From: Obrimoposthia wandeli
Taxonomy: Eukaryota
Length of the DNA stretch: 64,000 nt
Assembly: GCA_977020255.1 (NCBI GenBank)
Contig: CDROCS010005581.1
Coordinates: 1-64,000, forward strand
Direction: 5' to 3'
Shown one piece after another: positions 29,474 through 40,605 of this stretch (within the stretch, counting starts at the first letter, position 1; every line of letters begins with the position of its first letter). The position numbers and the translations under genes are program-made. The notes below the pieces were generated by a model, which saw only the letters and a program-made list of their open reading frames with translations, made no database searches and had not been told where the DNA came from.

Positions 29474-30430
29474 TTACTCGGGGATTAAGACTGTGTCAAT
29501 AACATGGATAACCCCGTTGCTGGCATTAAGATCACCGGCAATGAGTTTAGCGCCGTTGATTGTCACGCCATTCTCGCCGTTTTCGACTTTTACTGTTCCT
29601 CCCTGAACGGTTTCAGGCAGTTTCAGCTTGCTAATTTCTTCAGAGGTGAAAGCCCCGTTCAGGAGATGGTATTTGAGCACGGCCTGCAGTTGTTCTTTGT
29701 TTTCAGGCTTGAGCAGGTCAGCTAGAGTGCCTGCAGGGAGCTTTGCGAAAGCGTCATCAGTTGGTGCCAGAAGAGTAAAGGGTCCCTTACCTTCGAGAGT
29801 GCCTGTCAGGTCGGATGCACGGATCGCCATAACAAAGGTCTGGAAGTCTTCGTTGGTGGCCGCGACCTCAACTAGGTTTATCTTCTCGCCTTTCTTATAA
29901 CCTTCTACCGTCAAACTGGACAAGGTAGCGGGGATTAAGACTGTGTCAATAGCATGGATAACCCCGTTGCTGGCATTGAAATCACCTGCAATGACTTTAG
30001 CGCCGTTGATTGTCACGCCATCCTCGCCGTTTTCGATTTGTACTGTTTCTCCCTGAACGGTTTCAGGCAGTTTCAGCTTGGTAACTTCTTCTGAGGTGAT
30101 AGCCCCGATCAAGAGATGGTATTTGAGCACGGCCTGCAGTTGTTCTTTGTTTTCTGGCTTGAGCAGGTCAGCCAGAGTGCCGGCTGGGAGCTTTGCGAAA
30201 GCGTCATCGGTTGGTGCCAAAAGAGTAAAGGGTCCCTTACCTTCGAGAGTGCCGGTCAGGCCGGATGCACGGATTGCCATGACCAGAGTCTGGAAGTCTT
30301 CGTTGGTGGCCGCGACCTCTACAAGGTTTATCTTCTCGCCTTTCTTATAAGCCGCTGCCGCTAAACTGGACAAGGTAAAAAGGAATAAGGCACTTAGCGA
30401 ATAAGCAAAAAAGCGTTGGCGTATTTTCAT
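29474..30430 (-). CDS. Secreted protein with two fasciclin (FAS1) domains
   Basis: Signal peptide; two copies of GPFTLLAPTDDAFAKL ... ASNGVIH(V/A)IDTVL. The 450-nt internal tandem duplication spans about 29478-29927 and 29928-30377. Confidence 0.92.
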   Translation of the reverse strand: MKIRQRFFAYSLSALFLFTLSSLAAAAYKKGEKINLVEVAATNEDFQTLVMAIRASGLTGTLEGKGPFTLLAPTDDAFAKLPAGTLADLLKPENKEQLQAVLKYHLLIGAITSEEVTKLKLPETVQGETVQIENGEDGVTINGAKVIAGDFNASNGVIHAIDTVLIPATLSSLTVEGYKKGEKINLVEVAATNEDFQTFVMAIRASDLTGTLEGKGPFTLLAPTDDAFAKLPAGTLADLLKPENKEQLQAVLKYHLLNGAFTSEEISKLKLPETVQGGTVKVENGENGVTINGAKLIAGDLNASNGVIHVIDTVLIPE

Positions 30431-31050
30431 TAGTGGATCCTCTGGGTCTGTTTTGGTGTTATACAGAAGTTCTAATTACGTATGAGAAAACAGTGTAGTT
30501 AGCAGAGGGACAAACGTTGTCTTATAAAAGAAACTTTGGTCGATGATAAAGCCGCAATATCGTTGCAGATACTTAACAATTGCAATTATCAATCTTCATA
30601 GGGTGCAATAAAATTTACTTCTAAAGAGTAGCCTGAACTCCCGGTTATCAATCCAGAACTAATGGTCCTGATAAAAACGACTGTAAGCCCCTGCTCAACA
30701 TGTTCTTTTGGAATGTTTATTTGTGTGGCTAGCTCTATCATGATTTGATGTGGGAAGCTCTTCGAAAACGAGTTAGGATTTCTGATTGCCGTATCTTCAA
30801 AACTGAGCCCTTGATGTAAGGCGCTTGGAACAATTTCGAGGTAGCTTCTTTAGCACGCCTTTCTCTGAAAGCGAGCGAAAAAAATCATACGCACCAGAAC
30901 AGCCAAATTTTGCGCAACACTCGCAAATGGGTGAAAGCGAGCATTACTCCCGTCCTAACTCTTCCCCTACCGAACTTTTGCCGCTCAAAATTCGAACATG
31001 AATAAATCTAATTCAAATCTACATTAACAGCCTATGAATGAGCATTAGCA

Positions 31051-31198
31051 CTAACAAGGAATGAGGCAGAAACGCTTTAGCATCAGCCTTCATAAATTAG
31101 GGCGATAGCTGATTGAACTCAAGTAAATACAGCACAAAAAAGGGCTGGCACTATGGCCAACCCTCATCATTGTTCTTTTTGTTATTAATTACTCAGAC
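31051..31198. repeat. 148-bp direct repeat, copy 2
   Basis: Near-identical to 28967..29114, offset 2084 nt. Confidence 0.92.
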
Positions 31199-31398
31199 AT
31201 ACGTTATTCCTGCACCAACGACTCGATACAATCAGTATCCATACCGAAATAACAGATCAAATCCCCCTTCGTCATTAAAAAACCAAATGATAACGAAAAA
31301 TTATTATTTCAATCATTTTTAATAATTTCAAATCATCCATACAGGTTCATATAATAGGCACATATCTTCGACAATCCAACATTCATGGGGCACGCACA

Positions 31399-32505
31399 AT
31401 GTCAAAAAATCTCTTTGATACGATTCAACTTGGTCAGCACACATTACAAAACCGTATTGTTATGCCACCAATGACCCGTTCTCGTGCTACACAGCCCGGT
31501 GACATTGCCAATGAATTAATGGCGGAATATTACGCACAGCGTGCAAGCGCAGGTTTAATCGTGAGTGAAGGCACACAAATATCAGCATCAGGTAAAGGCT
31601 ATGCTTGGACACCAGGTATCTATTCACCAGAACAGATTCAGGGCTGGAAAAAAGTAACCGATGCTGTTCACCAAGCAGGTGGCGTAATGTTTGCTCAGTT
31701 ATGGCATGTCGGTCGTGTTACTCACCCTGACAACATTAACGGAGAGCAACCTATCTCTGCATCAGCTATTAAAGCTGAGAATGTAAAAGTTTTTATCGAC
31801 AACGGTACTGATGAACCAGGCTTTGTTGATGTGGTTAAACCTCGTGAGATGACGTTATCTGATATTAACGAAGTTGTAGGACAATACCGCCAAGCCGCTA
31901 TCAGTGCGCTAGAAGCAGGCTTTGATGGTATCGAATTGCACGCAGCTAATGGCTATTTGATCAACCAATTTATTGATTCTGAATCAAACGCACGTACCGA
32001 TCAATATGGCGGCTGCTTAGAAAATCGCCTGCGTTTTTTAGACGAAGTAATTGCCACAATGGTCGATGCTATTGGGGCAGATAAAGTGGGTGTACGCTTA
32101 GCGCCATTAACCACACTGAATGGCACAGTAGACAACAACCCTGCTGAAACTTACACCGAAGCAGCGCGTGTATTAAACTCACATAAGATTGCATATTTAC
32201 ACATTGCTGAAGCCGATTGGGATGACGCACCATTAATGCCTATCTCATTCAAGCAAGGTTTACGTGAAGCGTTTGATGGCATATTGATTTATGCGGGTAA
32301 ATACACCCCTGAAAAAGCACAAATAGCATTAGCACAAGGTTGGGCAGACATGGTTGGCTTTGGTCGTCCGTTTGTGTCTAACCCTGATTTACCAGCACGC
32401 ATTCAAAATGGTTTGGATTGGACAGCACACGAACCAAATTCATTATTTGGTGGTAATAAAGCAGGTTATACTGATTACGCCGTTGTCGAACTTGCTACAG
32501 CCTAA
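31399..32505 (+). CDS. nemA: Old-yellow-enzyme family alkene reductase (N-ethylmaleimide reductase-like)
   Basis: MPPMTRSRA, QLWHVGR, ELHAANGYL, FGRPF. Confidence 0.9.
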   Translation: MSKNLFDTIQLGQHTLQNRIVMPPMTRSRATQPGDIANELMAEYYAQRASAGLIVSEGTQISASGKGYAWTPGIYSPEQIQGWKKVTDAVHQAGGVMFAQLWHVGRVTHPDNINGEQPISASAIKAENVKVFIDNGTDEPGFVDVVKPREMTLSDINEVVGQYRQAAISALEAGFDGIELHAANGYLINQFIDSESNARTDQYGGCLENRLRFLDEVIATMVDAIGADKVGVRLAPLTTLNGTVDNNPAETYTEAARVLNSHKIAYLHIAEADWDDAPLMPISFKQGLREAFDGILIYAGKYTPEKAQIALAQGWADMVGFGRPFVSNPDLPARIQNGLDWTAHEPNSLFGGNKAGYTDYAVVELATA

Positions 32506-32606
32506 GCAACCTGCATAGACTCACGCAAAATGAAGGAGGTACGCCCTCCTTTTCAGGTAATAGCCAGTCAATGACAACTCACCCGATTCAGATAAGGATT
32601 TAAACC

Positions 32607-33047
32607 ATGAAATACCTTCATACTATGGTTCGCGTTAACGACCTTGATGCATCATTGGATTTCTACTGCCACAAACTTGGTCTTGTTGAAACCAATAGAG
32701 TTGACAGTGAACAAGGTCGCTTTACCTTGGTTTTCCTTGCTGCATCTGATGATGAACAGTACGCACGAGAAAATAGTGCTCCACTGATCGAGTTAACCTA
32801 TAACTGGGATACTGAAACCTATGACGGCGGTCGTAACTTTGGACATCTAGCGTTCGGTGTTGATAATATTTATACCTTTTGTGCACATCTAGCTGAGAAC
32901 GGTGTGGTTATTAACCGCCCACCTCGTGATGGTAATATGGCTTTCGTTCGATCGCCTGATGGCATATCGATTGAGCTACTGCAAAAAGGCGAACCACTTG
33001 CTTTAGCTGAACCATGGGCGTCGATGCAAAATACTGGTGAATGGTAA
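32607..33047 (+). CDS. gloA: Lactoylglutathione lyase (glyoxalase I)
   Basis: [28 protein letters not shown]; follows nemA. Confidence 0.88.
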   Translation: MKYLHTMVRVNDLDASLDFYCHKLGLVETNRVDSEQGRFTLVFLAASDDEQYARENSAPLIELTYNWDTETYDGGRNFGHLAFGVDNIYTFCAHLAENGVVINRPPRDGNMAFVRSPDGISIELLQKGEPLALAEPWASMQNTGEW

Positions 33048-33090
33048 TTCACGTCACTTGATATGAATTAGATTACAACGTGAAACGATA

Positions 33091-33121
33091 AAAAGGGCTA
33101 TCACAATGACTAGCCCTTTTT
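33091..33121. terminator. Bidirectional terminator between gloA and the symporter gene
   Basis: AAAAGGGCTA...TAGCCCTTTT between convergent genes. Confidence 0.8.
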
Positions 33122-33158
33122 CACATTATTGTCCCGTCCTGAGATAAGTTAACCGCTA

Positions 33159-34706
33159 TTAAGCAATAGGCTTAATTGGTTCACCATCAACAACGTCTTC
33201 AACTACCTTTGGTTTACCCTGAGATTTAAGTTTCTTCTCCCAGAAGTCCGCATTTTTAATGCCTAGCTTCACAGGGTCAAAGGTAAATGTAGTAACACCC
33301 GCTTTCTGTTGCGCTTCATAATCTTTAAGCGCCTTAAGCGCAGGTCGACCTAAGAAGAAGACAATCAGAATACCGACAATGTTTAACCATGCCATCAAAC
33401 CAACACCCACATCACCCAGAGCCCATGCTAAGTTCGCTGTTTTTACGGTGCCGTAGAAAGTTGCCACAATAAGCACACCTTTCAATATGAACATTAAACC
33501 AGGCACTTTGAACGTACGACGAATGTATGCAACGTTGGTTTCAGCAATGTAGTAGTAAGCAAGAATCGTAGTAAATGCAAAGAAGAACAACGCAAAGGCA
33601 ATAAATGGTTTACCAATACCTGGCATTGCACTTTCAATCGCCATCTGTGTAAAGACAGGGCCATTCGCACCAATATTTGCTGCTAGATTCTGGACAAGGA
33701 ATACACCTTCAGCACCACCATGTACGTTATACGCACCTGTGATGATGATCATGAACGCGGTTGCTGAACAAACGAGTAATGTATCAATGTAGATTGAGAA
33801 TGCTTGAACAAGACCTTGCTGCGCTGGGTGCTCAACATCTGCAGCTGCTGCAGCATGAGGACCAGTACCTTGACCTGCTTCGTTCGAGTAAACACCACGT
33901 TTAACACCCCAACCAATCGCCGCACCAAAGCCAGCCATCGGTGTAAAGGCATCACCCACAATCATTGCAAACACAGTCGGTACTTGACCGATGTTTAGAA
34001 GAATGATGATGAAAGCAACAACGATGTATGCCAATGCCATAAATGGCACAACAATCTGTGTGAAGTTAGCAATACGCTTAACGCCACCAAAGATGATGAA
34101 AGAAAGAATAATAGAAATGACTGTACCTGTCACAATCTTAGCAAAGCTGATTGTTCCGATAGCCGTTTCAACCATTTCGCCGGGACCAAATGCCGCTTCT
34201 ACCGCATTACCGATACTGTTTGATTGAACGCCAGGAAGTAAAATACCACATGCAAAGATAGTTGAGATGGCAAAAACCCATGCGTACCATTTTTGTCCCA
34301 TTGCTTTTTCAATATAGTAAGCAGGGCCGCCACGGAACTGACCGTCTTCATCTTCTTCTTTATAAATCTGTGCTAACGCTGATTCAGTGTACGCTGTTGC
34401 TGCACCAAGAAATGCCACAACCCACATCCAGAATACTGCACCAGGGCCACCAAAACCGATAGCCGCCGCAACACCTGCAATGTTACCTGTACCTACACGT
34501 CCCGATAACGAAACTGCTAAAGCTTGAAAAGAGGAAATACCTTGATCGGAACTTTTGCCAGAAAGAAGCAGCCTCCACATTTCGCGAAAGTGCCTTAACT
34601 GTACAAAGCGTGTTGCGATGGAATAAAACAAACCAGCACCCAAGCACAAATAAATGAGTATTGGACTCCAAATAATACCGTTTAGAAAATCTACAAACTC
34701 CTGCAT
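33159..34706 (-). CDS. Alanine/glycine:cation symporter (AGCS family)
   Basis: GRVGTGNIAGVA, GGPGAVFWMW, RGVYSNEAGQG. Confidence 0.92.
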   Translation of the reverse strand: MQEFVDFLNGIIWSPILIYLCLGAGLFYSIATRFVQLRHFREMWRLLLSGKSSDQGISSFQALAVSLSGRVGTGNIAGVAAAIGFGGPGAVFWMWVVAFLGAATAYTESALAQIYKEEDEDGQFRGGPAYYIEKAMGQKWYAWVFAISTIFACGILLPGVQSNSIGNAVEAAFGPGEMVETAIGTISFAKIVTGTVISIILSFIIFGGVKRIANFTQIVVPFMALAYIVVAFIIILLNIGQVPTVFAMIVGDAFTPMAGFGAAIGWGVKRGVYSNEAGQGTGPHAAAAADVEHPAQQGLVQAFSIYIDTLLVCSATAFMIIITGAYNVHGGAEGVFLVQNLAANIGANGPVFTQMAIESAMPGIGKPFIAFALFFFAFTTILAYYYIAETNVAYIRRTFKVPGLMFILKGVLIVATFYGTVKTANLAWALGDVGVGLMAWLNIVGILIVFFLGRPALKALKDYEAQQKAGVTTFTFDPVKLGIKNADFWEKKLKSQGKPKVVEDVVDGEPIKPIA

Positions 34707-34804
34707 AAAACTCCCTGTTATATAGTTTGGTAAATAATGTTCAGCAGCATAATAAACAGATTGTAAGCAAATTGTTAAGTTTTTTATTTTGTAACAGCAA
34801 CCCG

Positions 34805-34820
34805 TGTGACATCAAGCACA
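34805..34820. promoter_or_regulatory. CRP-like site upstream of the symporter gene
   Basis: TGTGA-catcaa-GCACA, 9 of 10 positions of TGTGA-N6-TCACA. Confidence 0.5.
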
Positions 34821-35180
34821 AAAGGGTAATATTTACACGAGGGTATGTGATCGACTCAATGGTTAGATATAACTATTTATTCACAGTAATCAACTGATAT
34901 GCAACAGATATTCATGTCAGTGCTTGCAGGAATTAAATATAAAAAAGCCAACAATACAGATAAATGCCCGAACTCGAACGCACCAACTTAATGCGGGTAC
35001 GCACCATGCTAGTGCGGTATATTCACTTTTTATTCAAATATAGAAAGATATACAGGCGATAGACAAAATAGCAGGCGGAACAAATGACATGTTAAAAACA
35101 TTTAACATAGTGGCAAGTTTCATTTCAAATGTTCGGACAAAAACACGAAAATAACGTATTCACCCCCCATTTTTACCCTA

Positions 35181-35348
35181 TATACCCAAGTGACTTCAAG
35201 ATGCTCGTTTCAGCGAGAATTTTCAAGCACTAAGGCTAGGCGCTGATTTGTAGATATAGTCGTTCTACATCAAGGATCAGCAACGCTGCATTAGTGCTTG
35301 GAAAACTCGCCCGTAGGGAGCTATGCATCTTGAAGTTACTTGGGTATA
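35181..35348. mobile_element. ERIC-like MITE, short (168-bp) variant
   Basis: TATACCCAAGTGACTTCAAGATGC...GCATCTTGAAGTTACTTGGGTATA terminal inverted repeats, TA ends. Confidence 0.88.
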
Positions 35349-35498
35349 AAAGCGCTACCACCCCATTACTAACGATCGCTTTTTATAACAAATATAAGAA
35401 TAAACGATGAATATTTTTTATTAATTAATCGATCATTAGTGATCGTTTCATTATTTGCTTGCGTAGAAACTTTTACACAATAACGGAGAGTAACCATC

Positions 35499-36218
35499 AT
35501 GAAACGCTATTTAAATATTCTGTTCGTACTAATGCTTACCCCATTCATTTTCGCTTGTAATGACGACGATGATGATATTAGTTTCACTGAAATTCGCGTA
35601 GTACATGGCTCAGCAGATGCTCCTGCAGTGGATGTGCTCGTTGATGATGGTGTTGCATTTGGAAATGCCAGTTTTAAAGATGCGACAGATTATGCCGTAC
35701 TTGTTGCAGACACTTATAATATAAAAATTGTTCCAACGGGCCTAACTGAACCTGTCGTTTTCGAAGCCGACCTTCCATTAGAAGCAGGTAAAAAATATAC
35801 AGCTTTGGCGCTAGGGTCACTATTAGCAACCCCTTCAACATTCGATGTTATTCCATTAGTTGATAACGCCGAAAATATGCCAGACAAAGCTCAACTTCGT
35901 GTCATTCACGGTTCTACTTTTGCTGACACAGCATCACCTAATGGTGTAGACCTTTACGTTAACGCACCGGGTATGGATATCAATTCAGAATCACCGGCTG
36001 TTCAGGCTTTAGTTTTCAAAGACAACACTGGTTATGTTGCGCTTGATGAAGGTACTTACGAGGTAACAGCGACAGCAACAGGCGATAAAGGTGCCGTTTC
36101 CCCAACGCCAGTGACTATCACACTGGAAAAAGGTAAAATTTATAATGTTATAGCGACAGACGCAGACAACACTTTCACATCATTAGACCTAATTTTACTC
36201 GATGGCTTTAATGAATAA
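35499..36218 (+). CDS. DUF4397-type lipoprotein
   Basis: Lipobox IFAC followed by an Asp run; two repeats of RV(V/I)HGS...(V)D(V/L). Confidence 0.8.
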   Translation: MKRYLNILFVLMLTPFIFACNDDDDDISFTEIRVVHGSADAPAVDVLVDDGVAFGNASFKDATDYAVLVADTYNIKIVPTGLTEPVVFEADLPLEAGKKYTALALGSLLATPSTFDVIPLVDNAENMPDKAQLRVIHGSTFADTASPNGVDLYVNAPGMDINSESPAVQALVFKDNTGYVALDEGTYEVTATATGDKGAVSPTPVTITLEKGKIYNVIATDADNTFTSLDLILLDGFNE

Positions 36219-36234
36219 TATTGTTCGTAGCTCT

Positions 36235-36265
36235 AAAAAAACCACCGTATAGACGGTGGTTTTTT
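36235..36265. terminator. Bidirectional terminator
   Basis: AAAAAAACCACCGT-ata-GACGGTGGTTTTTT, between convergent genes. Confidence 0.85.
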
Positions 36266-36282
36266 ATTATTTATAAGTAGAC

Positions 36283-37734
36283 TTATACGTCGTAGGTGGT
36301 CGATGCTGTATCACCGCCGGTACCAGTCCAGTTCGTATGGAAGAACTTACCACGAGGTTGATCTAAACGCTCATACGTGTGCGCACCGAAGTAGTCTCGT
36401 TGTGCTTGAATCATGTTAGCTGGTAGACGGCCTGTTGTGTAACCATCAAGGAAAGTTAATGCTGATGTCATTGTTGGCATAGGCAAACCCACTTCCATTG
36501 CTTTCGCAGCCACTTTACGCCATGCCGGTAAGCTATCGACCAAGATATCTTTAAAGTATGGGTCAGTACCCAAGAACTTAATATCAGGTGTCGCTTCGTA
36601 TGCATCACGAATGTTGCCCAAGAAAGCACTTCGAATAATACAACCGCCACGCCACATGAGTGCTACGTTACCGTAGTTCAGTGACCAATTATTGTCTTCT
36701 GACGCTTCACGAATCAGCATAAAGCCTTGTGCGTAAGAAATAATTTTTGAAGCAAGCAGCGCCTGACGCAGTGCATCAACCCACTCTTTCTTATCGCCAT
36801 CAATCGGTTGAATGGTTTTTCCAAATAACGCTTCAGCTTCAACACGTTGATCTTTAATTGCAGACAGACAACGAGCGAACACAGATTCAGTGATCAGCGT
36901 TAACGGAATACCAAGGTCGAGTGCGTTGATCCCCGTCCATTTACCTGTGCCCTTTTGACCTGCCGTATCAAGAATTTTCTCTAGCAGCGGCTCGCCATCT
37001 TCATCGCGGTAGCCTAATATATCCGCTGTAATTTCAACTAAGTAACTATTGAGTTCAGTGTCATTCCATTCTTTAAAGATTGCTTGCATCTCATCATAAG
37101 ATAGCCCCAAGCCTTCTTTCATGAAGTGGTATGCTTCACTGATTAACTGCATATCACCGTATTCGATGCCATTGTGCACCATTTTAACAAAGTGACCCGA
37201 ACCATCTTTACCAACCCAATCACAACACGCTTCACCTTGATCGGTTTTTGCAGAGATTGCCTGAAAAATAGGCTTCACATGAGGCCAAGCTTCAGGAGAA
37301 CCGCCCGGCATAATAGAAGGCCCAAATCGTGCACCTTCTTCCCCACCCGATACACCCGTACCGACGAAGTAAATACCTTTTGCTTCTAGATCAGCAACGC
37401 GACGGTTAGTGTCTGGGTAATTCGAATTACCGCCGTCAATAATGATGTCACCCTTATCTAATAACGGTACTAGGCTATCAATGAAATGATCAACCACATC
37501 ACCAGCACGTACCATCAACATTACTTTGCGGGGGGCTTCTAACTTTGCTACAAGGTCTTCTAACGACGTTGCGCCAATAATGCTAGTGTCTTTCGCAGGA
37601 CCCGCTAAAAATTCATCCACTTTAGCGACGGTTCGATTAAACGCCACTACTTTAAAACCGTGGTCGTTCATATTTAAAATCAAATTCTGACCCATTACAG
37701 CCAAACCGATTACACCAATATCACCTTTCATCAT
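36283..37734 (-). CDS. gnd: 6-phosphogluconate dehydrogenase, decarboxylating
   Basis: IGLAVMGQNL, VKMVHNGIEYGDMQ, QRDYFGAHTY. Start moved to ATG 37734 after AAGGAG. Confidence 0.96.
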   Translation of the reverse strand: MMKGDIGVIGLAVMGQNLILNMNDHGFKVVAFNRTVAKVDEFLAGPAKDTSIIGATSLEDLVAKLEAPRKVMLMVRAGDVVDHFIDSLVPLLDKGDIIIDGGNSNYPDTNRRVADLEAKGIYFVGTGVSGGEEGARFGPSIMPGGSPEAWPHVKPIFQAISAKTDQGEACCDWVGKDGSGHFVKMVHNGIEYGDMQLISEAYHFMKEGLGLSYDEMQAIFKEWNDTELNSYLVEITADILGYRDEDGEPLLEKILDTAGQKGTGKWTGINALDLGIPLTLITESVFARCLSAIKDQRVEAEALFGKTIQPIDGDKKEWVDALRQALLASKIISYAQGFMLIREASEDNNWSLNYGNVALMWRGGCIIRSAFLGNIRDAYEATPDIKFLGTDPYFKDILVDSLPAWRKVAAKAMEVGLPMPTMTSALTFLDGYTTGRLPANMIQAQRDYFGAHTYERLDQPRGKFFHTNWTGTGGDTASTTYDV

Positions 37735-37742
37735 ACTCTCCT

Positions 37743-38459
37743 TTACACTAGCGCTTTGGCTGCGTCTGAATCTAAAAACCATTCTGTTTGACCGTGTACG
37801 GCCTTAATTTTTGCTGCTGGGTATGGCAATGCTTCTGCTGGTTGATCATTAATTTCTTTGATGACATCAGCTTTACTGGCACCCAATACTAAATAAGTAA
37901 TGCGATCGGCATTTTCAAGTAAACGTGCCGTTTTTGAAATCCGTAACTGGCCACTTTCAGGGTGTGCGGCAATCACTGTCAGTGCTGGGTTATTGAAGTC
38001 TGTTTGATTTGGAAATAATGACGCGGTATGCCCATCGATTCCCATGCCAAGTAAAATCCAATCAAATACAGGTAACCCGTTTTTATGTGGAATAACTACA
38101 TCCATTTCAGCGGCTAAACGCCCAGATTCTTGCTCAGGTTCATCTTCACCACGAATACGATGAATATTAGCGTTTGGCAATGCTATATGTTTAAACAGCA
38201 GTTCATTTGCTTCACCAAAGTTGCTTTCGGCATCCGTCGGTTCAACACAACGTTCATCACCCCACCAAAAGTGCAGGTTATTCCATACAATCTGTTCAGC
38301 GAATGGGGATTGCGCTAGTGTCTTGAATAATAACTTCGGCGTACTACCACCAGATAGAGAAATATGGACTGGTCGTCCTTCTTGGCTAAATGCCAACATT
38401 GTTTCTGCTAGTGATTGTACAACGTGATCGGGAGTTGCAAATACGTGATAATTCATCAT
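37743..38459 (-). CDS. pgl: 6-phosphogluconolactonase
   Basis: LSGGSTP, WGDERCV, LGMGIDGHTASLFP. Confidence 0.94.
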   Translation of the reverse strand: MMNYHVFATPDHVVQSLAETMLAFSQEGRPVHISLSGGSTPKLLFKTLAQSPFAEQIVWNNLHFWWGDERCVEPTDAESNFGEANELLFKHIALPNANIHRIRGEDEPEQESGRLAAEMDVVIPHKNGLPVFDWILLGMGIDGHTASLFPNQTDFNNPALTVIAAHPESGQLRISKTARLLENADRITYLVLGASKADVIKEINDQPAEALPYPAAKIKAVHGQTEWFLDSDAAKALV

Positions 38460-38461
38460 GG

Positions 38462-39961
38462 CTATAACTCACAATAGTCAGTATTAGTCAGGTTTTTACA
38501 CGGAAAGCGCCAATTACGTTCGTCGCCTTGTAATAACTCATCCGCTTCTTTTGGTCCCCAGGTACCCGCCGCGTAACCAAATAAATGTTCAGGGTCTTCT
38601 TTATATTCAAGGATGGGTTGAACGAACTTCCAGCACGCTTTTACCGCATCAGTTCGGGCAAATAACGTAGCGTCCCCCTTCATACAATCAAGCAATAAAC
38701 GCTCGTATGCAGTAAGCATATTTGTTTCTTCTAAATCACCGTAATGGAAATCCATCGAAACTTCTTCAGCTTCAAAACCAGCCCCTGGCTTTTTCAAACC
38801 GAAGCTCATTAGAATACCTTCATCGGGTTGAATTCGAATGATCAGCTTATTTTCTGGCGCATTGGTGCCGAACACTGGATGTGGTGTTTTCTTAAAGTGA
38901 ATAACCACTTCCGTTACACGAGTGGGTAAACGTTTACCAGTACGAACGTAAAATGGTACGCCATTCCAACGCCAGTTCTGGATAAACATCTTCATACCGA
39001 CATACGTTTCCGTTCGAGAATCATCTGCTACACCATGTTCTTCTCGGTATCCTGGTAGATGATCGCCTCTTATCGTGGAATCGGTGTATTGCCCTAGCAC
39101 GAGGTTTTCTTTCAAATCTTTGTCTGACAAAGGCTGAAAGCTTTGCATCACCTTCACAACTTCATCACGAATAGAATCTGCATTGATGGCCGCAGGTGAT
39201 TCCATTCCAACCATCGCAAGAACTTGAAGTAAGTGATTTTGGAACATATCACGTACAGCACCTGCGCCATCGTAATAACCACCGCGCTCTTCTACACCTA
39301 AAGATTCAGCTGCCGTGATCTCAACGTATTCAATGAAATTACGGTTCCATAGTGGTTCAAACATCCCGTTGGCAAAACGAAATACAAGGAGGTTTTGTAC
39401 TGTTTCTTTGCCTAAGTAGTGGTCAATACGATAAATTTGCTGCTCTTTGAAATGCGCATGAATACGTTCATCAAGCTCGTTGGCTGATGCTAAATCGTAA
39501 CCAAATGGCTTTTCAACAATAAGGTTTTTCCAACCATGCGTTTCATCGTTTAAGCCATGCGCACCCAAACATTCAGGAATAACACCATACAAGCTTGGTG
39601 GGGTTGCCAAGTAATAAACCGTATTGCCTTGGGTATGATGCTTATTATTCAAATCACCTAAACGCTGTTTTAACAGCGCATATTCTGCCACTTCTGACGT
39701 ATTCAATGCTTGGTAATATAAATGTTCACAAAATGTAGTCAGCGTTTCTTCGCTTACCTTTTCTGTTTCCGTTAATGATTTTTTGAGTTTTTCACGGAAT
39801 TCTTGGTCACTATATTCAGTACGACTTACGCCTAAAATTGCAAAATCTTCTGGTAATAACCCATTAGCATAGAGATGATAAAATGCTGGAATCAATTTTC
39901 GGTGAGTCAAATCGCCTGACGCACCAAAAATAACAATCGCGTTATTTTCTGGCTGAACCAT
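38462..39961 (-). CDS. zwf: Glucose-6-phosphate 1-dehydrogenase
   Basis: [30 protein letters not shown]. Confidence 0.96.
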   Translation of the reverse strand: MVQPENNAIVIFGASGDLTHRKLIPAFYHLYANGLLPEDFAILGVSRTEYSDQEFREKLKKSLTETEKVSEETLTTFCEHLYYQALNTSEVAEYALLKQRLGDLNNKHHTQGNTVYYLATPPSLYGVIPECLGAHGLNDETHGWKNLIVEKPFGYDLASANELDERIHAHFKEQQIYRIDHYLGKETVQNLLVFRFANGMFEPLWNRNFIEYVEITAAESLGVEERGGYYDGAGAVRDMFQNHLLQVLAMVGMESPAAINADSIRDEVVKVMQSFQPLSDKDLKENLVLGQYTDSTIRGDHLPGYREEHGVADDSRTETYVGMKMFIQNWRWNGVPFYVRTGKRLPTRVTEVVIHFKKTPHPVFGTNAPENKLIIRIQPDEGILMSFGLKKPGAGFEAEEVSMDFHYGDLEETNMLTAYERLLLDCMKGDATLFARTDAVKACWKFVQPILEYKEDPEHLFGYAAGTWGPKEADELLQGDERNWRFPCKNLTNTDYCEL

Positions 39962-40200
39962 ATAATTTTCCCATTTAACACAGATCGACGATCTGAGGTA
40001 GCAATCAGTTTTGCTGGCTGTTCAAGATGTTAGCATTTATAGATTTCAGTGATATTCGGTATTACCTATCGTATCAATAGGCAAAACCTAAAACTGTATG
40101 AAGCTTAGTCAAAAACGGTTGCAACCACATGTTTTCCAAACCCACCCATTAATGTCATTAATTGCTCACAACCTTAAATGACCCACTTATGATCAATAAA

Positions 40201-40465
40201 TATACCCAAGCTACCTCAAGATGCAGGATTCAGAGTGACTCAGCGTGTTTAATTCAAGGAAAATGTGTGCAGGAATGGCACTTCCTTTCAAACACATTTG
40301 ACACAGAAGTAGATACGCTGAATCACTCCCGAAAGGCGAGTTTTGTTGTGCTCTATGCGGTGTTACTTATTTTCAACGTAGAACGACTAGGTCTATAAAT
40401 AAGTGCCTTGCCTAGAGCACAACAAATTCTCGCTGAAACGAGCATCTTGAGGTAACTTGGGTATA
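40201..40465. mobile_element. ERIC-like MITE, long variant (265 bp)
   Basis: TATACCCAAG...CTTGGGTATA termini; near-identical to 48166 and 51364. Confidence 0.9.
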
Positions 40466-40605
40466 GTAAGAATATATAGGCGCAAAACGTCTGAAAACTT
40501 GCTTGAAAGCTGTGATCCCGTTAACATTATCGCCAACTGATGGCGACGAGGCATAAAACTGCTGAATTTTCAGTTTTACTCGTAATATAAACGCCCAATA
40601 TTTTG

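Noticed and set aside
30470-30520. ECF (RpoE-ChrR type) promoter for the fasciclin gene
   Set aside because: A CGTAAT -10-like element exists, but no TGATC-like -35 at the expected distance.
28700-31060. GTTAGGC / CTAACAA motifs as integron attC cores
   Set aside because: No matching R''-L''-L'-R' palindromes, no cassette-like ORF spacing and no integrase.
40162-40398. Short ORFs overlapping MITE copies (also 51221..51436)
   Set aside because: They arise from repeat sequence, differ between copies and have no recognisable domain.
40531-40540. GCCAACTGA resembling the Qrr sRNA core
   Set aside because: Only 9 nt match; no sigma-54 promoter or flanking Qrr sequence.
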